Of a stretch of 64,000 bases of DNA, positions 58,579 through 64,000 are shown in pieces (the first letter of the stretch is position 1; each line of letters begins with the position of its first letter). The notes under the pieces are model-generated. The model was not told the DNA's origin. It was given only the letters and a program-made list of their open reading frames with translations, and made no database searches. The position numbers were made by a program, and so were the translations under genes. The DNA comes from an uncultured bacterium (GTDB lineage: Bacteria; Planctomycetota; UBA1135; GCA-002686595): the NCBI GenBank assembly GCA_943787795.1, contig CALSNU010000006.1, forward strand, positions 192,001-256,000, written 5' to 3'.

Positions 58579-59772
58579 TTGACCAAGCGCCTCCTCGTCC
58601 TCGGCAGCACCGGCTCCATCGGGACCCAGACCCTCGACCTGGCCGCTTCGGCGCCGCCGGAGGCCCCCCTGGAGGTGGTGGGCCTCGCCGCGGCCAGCTC
58701 CTGGCAGACCGTCCTTGAGCAGGTACGCAAATATCGCCCCTCCCTCGTGAGCATGGCGGACCCCGAGGCCGCGGCGAAGCTCCGGGCGGCGTTGGGCCCC
58801 GAGGTCGAGGTGCTCGTCGGCGAAGCTGGGCTCCTCGATATGATCGCGCGCGCGGACTTCGACGTGGCCATCCACGGCATCGTCGGAGCTGCCGGCCTCA
58901 GACCCTCAGCCGCGGTGCTCGAGCGCGGCAAGACCCTGGGATTGGCGAACAAGGAGTCCATGGTGATCGCTGGCGACCTGCTCTTCCAGCTGGCGGAGCG
59001 CCATGGAGCCGAGATTGTCCCGGTGGACTCGGAGCACTCTGCGGTCTTCCAGTGCCTGCGGGGCGAACGGCTCGACGAGGTCCGGCGCGTCCACCTGACC
59101 GCCAGCGGAGGCCCGTTCCGGACGAGGACCCTGGAGGAAATACACGGGGCAACGCCGGAGGAGGCCCTTGCCCACCCCAACTGGGACATGGGCCCCAGGG
59201 TGACGATCGGGTCCGCGACCCTCATGAACAAGGCCCTTGAGGTCATCGAGCTCCACCACCTCTTTCGCCTCCCGGCAGAGAAGATCCATGTGGTCGTCCA
59301 TGCCCAGTCCATCGTCCACTCGATGGTCGAGTTCACCGACGGGTCGGTCATGGCCCAGCTCGGCCCGCCCGACATGCGCGGGCCCATTCACTACGCCATC
59401 CATCATCCCGAGCGCGGCACCGCTGACCTCGAAGGCTTCAGCTTCGAACGTTTCGCCCAGCTGACCTTCGAGGAGCCCGACCTGCAGCGCTTTCCGGCCC
59501 TCGGGCTGGGCTTCCGGGTGATCCAGGACGGAGGCACCGCGGGCGCGGTGCTCAATGCGGCAGACGAGATCGCCGTGGAGGCGTTCCTTGAACGACGGAT
59601 CTCTCTGGCCCAGTTGGTAGAGGTGTCTGCCGCGGCCCTCGATGCCCGCCCCGCCTCTCAGGGCGCCTCAAGTCTCGATCAACTGCTCGACGCAGACGAC
59701 TGGGCCCGGGATTTCGCGCGGGACTATATCGCGAGCCTCTGCGCCGAAGCGACCACCACCAAGACCCCATGA
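58579..59772 (+). CDS. dxr: 1-deoxy-D-xylulose-5-phosphate reductoisomerase
   Basis: LGSTGSIG, LANKES, PVDSEH, LTASGGPF, HPNWDMG and NKALE. Confidence 0.97.
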   Translation: MTKRLLVLGSTGSIGTQTLDLAASAPPEAPLEVVGLAAASSWQTVLEQVRKYRPSLVSMADPEAAAKLRAALGPEVEVLVGEAGLLDMIARADFDVAIHGIVGAAGLRPSAAVLERGKTLGLANKESMVIAGDLLFQLAERHGAEIVPVDSEHSAVFQCLRGERLDEVRRVHLTASGGPFRTRTLEEIHGATPEEALAHPNWDMGPRVTIGSATLMNKALEVIELHHLFRLPAEKIHVVVHAQSIVHSMVEFTDGSVMAQLGPPDMRGPIHYAIHHPERGTADLEGFSFERFAQLTFEEPDLQRFPALGLGFRVIQDGGTAGAVLNAADEIAVEAFLERRISLAQLVEVSAAALDARPASQGASSLDQLLDADDWARDFARDYIASLCAEATTTKTP

Positions 59773-61622
59773 ACCCCGCCGATCTCCTCAACGTCCTCCA
59801 GGTAGTGCTGGGCATCGGACTCGTCATCTTCGTCCACGAAGCCGGCCACTTCATGGCAGCTCGGTGGTGCGGAGCGCGGGTCGAGGTCTTCTCCCTGGGA
59901 TTTGGGCCACGGCTCTTCGGGTGGAAGAGGGGCGACACCCTGTTCCAGATCGCCGCCGTGCCGCTCGGCGGCTACGTCAAGGTGGCGGGCGAGTACAGCG
60001 ACGGCCTCGGCGGAACGCCCGAGCCAGGAACCCTCGCCACGCTCAGCGTGCCCCAACGCTTCCTGTACTTCTCCGGGGGCGTGATCATGAATGTGATCTT
60101 CGCGCTCGTGGTCCTGCCCCTGGTGATGCTGGCCGGCCTCCCAGCGCTCCAGCCCCTCATCGGCGCCCCCACACCGGGCATGCCGGCCTGGGAGGCGGGG
60201 CTCCCCGCGGGGACGGTGATCCTCGAGGTCAACGACACCCAGATTGTCGACTTCGAACACCTGGTCACCGCCGTCGCGCTCAACGGGAGCGAGGACGCGA
60301 CGCTCCTGATTCAACGACCTGAAGAGTCGCCGGAGTCGATCACCCTCACACCTCGCTTCGACGAGAACCTGGGCTTCTTCCGCCTTGGCCTCCCGGCCGG
60401 TCGATCACCCGACCAGCGACTCGTGGTGAGCCCCGAGGGGCCCGCGGCTGCGGCGGGCCTGACGAACGAGGACCGTCTGATCGCCGTGATCGGCCAGCCC
60501 ACCACCCTGCGCCTCGAGGAGCAGCTACGAAGGGCCATGGACGGGCGAGCGCCGATGGCTCTACGGGTGCAAGGCGCCGATGGCTCCACCCGTGAGCTGC
60601 GCGTTGAGCCGCGGATGGAGACCCTGGAGTTCAAGCGTATCGGCATCGGTGCCCTGTCCTCGAGCATCGACGCCATCCGCAGTACTGGCCCAGCCGCCGG
60701 CCTCGTGGAGCGCCTTGGCATCGAGGCTGGGGATCGAGTCATCGCGGTCGCGGGTGTCCCCGTCTGGGGGCTGGCCTCCATCCGTGACGGCCTCTTGACC
60801 GTCGAGGCTGGCGAGACCCTCTCGGTCACCGTGCGCCGCGGCGGTGAGCTGCTCACCCTCGAGGCGCTGGCTGAGATCCCGCCCGTGCTGCTCCTGGGTG
60901 ACCTTGCGCTGGAGGTGGTGGAAGGAACCTCAAGGATCGCGGTCTCGGCGGGTTCCCCGGCCGAGGCCGCGGGCATCCTGGATGGAGACCAGATCATCTC
61001 CGTGAACGGTCAGGCGACCGACAGCTGGCCGATCATGCTGGAGACCATCCAGCGCGAGGTTGCCACGGGCCGCACGCTGCAGCTCGAGGTGTGGCGCGAC
61101 ACGCAGGCGGGCGAGCCCATGAAAGAGCTCGTCATTCAACTCGACGCTGCGCCCGTGACCCTCCCGAACTACGGCGTGCAGCTCGACGCTGCCCGGACAA
61201 TCCTGAAGGCCGACGGCCTGGGCGAGGCCATCTCCGACGGGTTTGGTGCCACTCAGCGCTTCCTTGTCGACGTGTGGCTGCAGCTCAAGAAGATGCTCTT
61301 CAGCGACGAGATCTCCACCCGCAACCTCGGGGGGATCATCTCCATCAGCGTCATCTCCTTCGACACGGCCAGCCAGGGCCTCCCCAAGCTGTTCTTCTTC
61401 CTGGCGATCCTCAGCATCAACCTGGCGATCCTCAACCTGCTCCCCATTCCCATCCTGGACGGGGGCCACCTGCTGTTCCTGCTCATCGAGGGCATCAAGG
61501 GCTCGCCGGTCTCCGAGCGCACCTTCGGCTACAGCCAGGTCGTCGGGATGGTGATGATCATGTCGCTGATGGTCTATGTGACCTATCAGGACATCGTCCG
61601 CTGGTTCATCGAGCCGCGCTGA
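59769..61622 (+). CDS. rseP: RIP metalloprotease RseP (M50) with multiple PDZ domains
   Basis: HEAGH, PLGGYVK and NLLPIPILDGGH; follows dxr with an ATGA overlap. Confidence 0.93.
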   Translation: MNPADLLNVLQVVLGIGLVIFVHEAGHFMAARWCGARVEVFSLGFGPRLFGWKRGDTLFQIAAVPLGGYVKVAGEYSDGLGGTPEPGTLATLSVPQRFLYFSGGVIMNVIFALVVLPLVMLAGLPALQPLIGAPTPGMPAWEAGLPAGTVILEVNDTQIVDFEHLVTAVALNGSEDATLLIQRPEESPESITLTPRFDENLGFFRLGLPAGRSPDQRLVVSPEGPAAAAGLTNEDRLIAVIGQPTTLRLEEQLRRAMDGRAPMALRVQGADGSTRELRVEPRMETLEFKRIGIGALSSSIDAIRSTGPAAGLVERLGIEAGDRVIAVAGVPVWGLASIRDGLLTVEAGETLSVTVRRGGELLTLEALAEIPPVLLLGDLALEVVEGTSRIAVSAGSPAEAAGILDGDQIISVNGQATDSWPIMLETIQREVATGRTLQLEVWRDTQAGEPMKELVIQLDAAPVTLPNYGVQLDAARTILKADGLGEAISDGFGATQRFLVDVWLQLKKMLFSDEISTRNLGGIISISVISFDTASQGLPKLFFFLAILSINLAILNLLPIPILDGGHLLFLLIEGIKGSPVSERTFGYSQVVGMVMIMSLMVYVTYQDIVRWFIEPR

Positions 61623-61625
61623 CCC

Positions 61626-62615
61626 ATGGGCTCAGCGTCGCCGCCGATGCAGGGGCCGCCGGTCGTCGCCATGGGGCGACTGATCCGGGTCGCGCTCTTC
61701 CCGTCCGCCATCAGCGACCTCTTCGTCGGGATCGCCATCGCTCACGTCCTGGACTGGCCGTCCACGGTCCTGCCCTGGCTCTTGATCCCCGCCAGCCTCG
61801 GGGTCTACCACGGGGCCATGGCCCTGAACGACTGGGCCGACCGAGAGGACGACGCTCGCACCCGGCCGGATCGCCCCATCCCCTCCGGCGAGATCCCCGC
61901 AGGTCTCGCGCTGTTCACGAGCCTGGTCCTTCTTCTTGGAGGCCTCATGTGGGCGGGGGCCGCTGGGGCCTTCGCGGGCGTCTGGATGCTCGCCGTCGCC
62001 GCGCTCGCGGTCCTCTACGATCTCATCGGCCGGGGCCCCTTGCTTGGCCCAACGCTCCTTGGGCTCTGCCGGGCCGGCAACCTCGGCGCTGGCCTCATGT
62101 CCCCGTGGCTGGTCGGGTCCACCGAGCAACCACGGCTCGAGCTGCTCTGGCTTGCGGCTCTCTACGGCAGTCACGTGTTCTTCATCTCCAGGCTCGGGAG
62201 ACTTGAGGACGACGAGGACGACGCTCCGCTCGCCGCCCGCCCCACCAACGCGCTGCGCGGGATCACCATCACGCGGCTCCTGATCCCCGTGATCGGGCTC
62301 GCGGTGCTGGGCGCCGGAGCCTCCGGCGGCCCTCCGTCGGGGCCCCTGAGCCTCGGGCTGCTGCTCGCCGCGATCCTTGCCGCGCGCGGTGGCTACCTGA
62401 GCCTCTCGACCATGAGCGAGGGGGCCAAGGCCGGCTGGGACCGGGCCGCGGTCGGTCGCGCCACCGGTCAGAGCCTCCGCGGCCTCCCGATGTTCACCGG
62501 AGCGATCGCCAGCCTCGGCCTCTTCCTCGGCCCGACCTGCCTGCCCGCCCTGCTCTGGGGCCTGTTTGGCGCCTGGCTCTCCGGCAAGCTCCGCGCCCGC
62601 TTCCCGCTCACCTGA
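61626..62615 (+). CDS. UbiA family prenyltransferase
   Basis: GMALNDWADREDD...RPDRPIPSG and GLCRAGN; many TM helices. Confidence 0.88.
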   Translation: MGSASPPMQGPPVVAMGRLIRVALFPSAISDLFVGIAIAHVLDWPSTVLPWLLIPASLGVYHGAMALNDWADREDDARTRPDRPIPSGEIPAGLALFTSLVLLLGGLMWAGAAGAFAGVWMLAVAALAVLYDLIGRGPLLGPTLLGLCRAGNLGAGLMSPWLVGSTEQPRLELLWLAALYGSHVFFISRLGRLEDDEDDAPLAARPTNALRGITITRLLIPVIGLAVLGAGASGGPPSGPLSLGLLLAAILAARGGYLSLSTMSEGAKAGWDRAAVGRATGQSLRGLPMFTGAIASLGLFLGPTCLPALLWGLFGAWLSGKLRARFPLT

Positions 62616-64000
62616 GCTGGTCCCTGGCCCAATCCATGGCCCCGGCACGACTCTCGAACGCTCCCCCGAGGCTCGCGAGCTGAACCCGTCGGAGCAGGGC
62701 ACCGAGCAAGGGGCCCCGGGGCACCCCGAGATCCTGCAGGTCGCCAGCGCTCAGCGTCACCGGGGAGACGGGGGCCCCGGCGTCCAGCTCTTCAAGTTGG
62801 CCTAGCACCACCCGGAGCGCTCCAGCGGCGCCTGCGTTCACGAGGGTCGCCTCGAGGACCAGAGCGAGCTGCGCAGCGGCAGCGCGGGTCGGGCGCCGCC
62901 AGAGCTGAATCAAGCGACCGCGAGCCTCAGCACCCTGGGGCGAAGCAAGGGCTGAAAGAGCCTCGGACCCGGGACGGCCGACCAGCGACCGGAGCTCCAG
63001 GCTCCCGATGGTCACCTCCGTGACCACCCTTCGCTCCTCTCGACTGCAGCGCAGCGCGTCGAGGGACTCGACAAGGCTCAGCGTGGAGGGTCCTTCATCC
63101 CCGGCTTCGGGCTCGCACTCGAGCGGGCCGAAGAGCACCGACAGCCCGATTTCCCAGCGCAGCTGCCGAGCGGGCTCCCCGTGCCCTGCGCCGGCGGCTC
63201 CCGCAATCGCCTCCATCGCAGTGGCCTCATTCTCAGTCGTCTCCTTCACTCCCGCCGCGCCCGCATCCCCCCAATTCACCCCGAGGGCGGCCAGCACTCC
63301 GAGCCGGGCCTCAACCTCCACGACTGTTCCCATCGGGGGCAGCACCAGCTCCGCGTGGCCCCCATCCACGAGGACACGCACGGCGCGGTGAGCGTGGTCA
63401 GCGAGCAGGATCTTCTGCAGCTCATCTCGAACTCGCTCGGCGCTCACGCCCGTGAGCGCCGAGCGCTCCGCCTGCGCGGCAGCGAGGAGGCCCGGGGCGG
63501 GCTGAAGATCGAGGGCCGCGTGGAAGCGCGCCATCCGCAGGATTCGAAGCCCGTCCTCCCGGAACCGGCCGGCGGGGTCGCCCACGGCGCGCAGGACGCC
63601 ACTCTTGAGGTCAGCCAGCCCCCCCGCCGGGTCGCGGATCTCCCCGGACAACGGGTCGAGGTAGAGCGCGTTGCAGGTGAAGTCGCGCCGCTCGGCGTCC
63701 TCCTCCGGCGCCGCGGCGTACACGACCTCGTCGGGGCGGCGACGGTCGGAGTATCCACGCTCCCTCCGGAAGGTGGCGAGCTCCACCTCCTCGCCCCCCA
63801 GCACCACCACGATGATCCCAAAGCTCTTCCCGACCGCCACGGTGCGATCAAACAGCGCCTCGACCTCCTCGGGTCGAGCTGCGGAGACGAGATCCACATC
63901 CTTGATTTCCCGGCCGAGCAGCAGGTCTCGGACGGCCCCGCCGACGATCCACCCACGGTGGCCGCCGCGCTCCAGGGTCCGGCAGATCCCCGTCGCGAGC
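62608..64000 (-). CDS. cca: CCA tRNA nucleotidyltransferase (class II), 5'-truncated
   Basis: The frame extends past 63897 to the edge: WIVGGAVRDLLLG..KDVD, EVELATFR, EDAERRDFTCNAL, FREDGLRILR and SAERVRDELQK. Confidence 0.88.
   Translation of the reverse strand, partial: LATGICRTLERGGHRGWIVGGAVRDLLLGREIKDVDLVSAARPEEVEALFDRTVAVGKSFGIIVVVLGGEEVELATFRRERGYSDRRRPDEVVYAAAPEEDAERRDFTCNALYLDPLSGEIRDPAGGLADLKSGVLRAVGDPAGRFREDGLRILRMARFHAALDLQPAPGLLAAAQAERSALTGVSAERVRDELQKILLADHAHRAVRVLVDGGHAELVLPPMGTVVEVEARLGVLAALGVNWGDAGAAGVKETTENEATAMEAIAGAAGAGHGEPARQLRWEIGLSVLFGPLECEPEAGDEGPSTLSLVESLDALRCSREERRVVTEVTIGSLELRSLVGRPGSEALSALASPQGAEARGRLIQLWRRPTRAAAAQLALVLEATLVNAGAAGALRVVLGQLEELDAGAPVSPVTLSAGDLQDLGVPRGPLLGALLRRVQLASLGGAFESRAGAMDWARDQLR

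Noticed and set aside
62608..64000. Poly(A) polymerase (pcnB) assignment
   Set aside because: AVGKSFGII does not fit the G[RK][RK]F poly(A) polymerase signature, so CCA enzyme is preferred.

Overview
High-GC bacterial chromosomal window, most likely from a planctomycete. This is an inference from the membrane-anchored ECF sigma factor with a long C-terminal extension, the eukaryote-type UAP, the planctomycete-type cytochrome c, the multi-PDZ RseP and the FG-GAP surface proteins. The middle and right are largely housekeeping: pfkB kinase, thpR, recA, alaS, rpmF-plsX-fabH-fabD-fabG-acpP-fabF-UAP-ddl, tRNA-Leu(CAA), cvpA, sdhCAB, fused spermidine synthase, purM, dxr-rseP-UbiA and a 5'-truncated CCA enzyme. 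Accessory content is mostly secreted proteins. The main observations are: (1) one unnamed ~140-aa domain in three unrelated secreted proteins, C-terminal in two and N-terminal in a cytochrome c, a candidate surface-anchoring or sorting module; (2) a XerCD dif-like 28-mer at 37287-37314; (3) a consensus sigma-54 promoter upstream of two tandem secreted HEAT-repeat paralogs; (4) an ECF sigma factor split by a +1 frameshift in a C7 tract; (5) tandem copies of the tRNA-Leu 3' end; (6) a GAAC-N7-GAAC LexA-like box before recA; (7) a ChpT-like degenerate kinase; (8) a visibly lower-GC pair of secreted orphans at the left edge. No CRISPR array, integrase or intact IS was found. All family calls come from reading motifs by eye; no searches were run.
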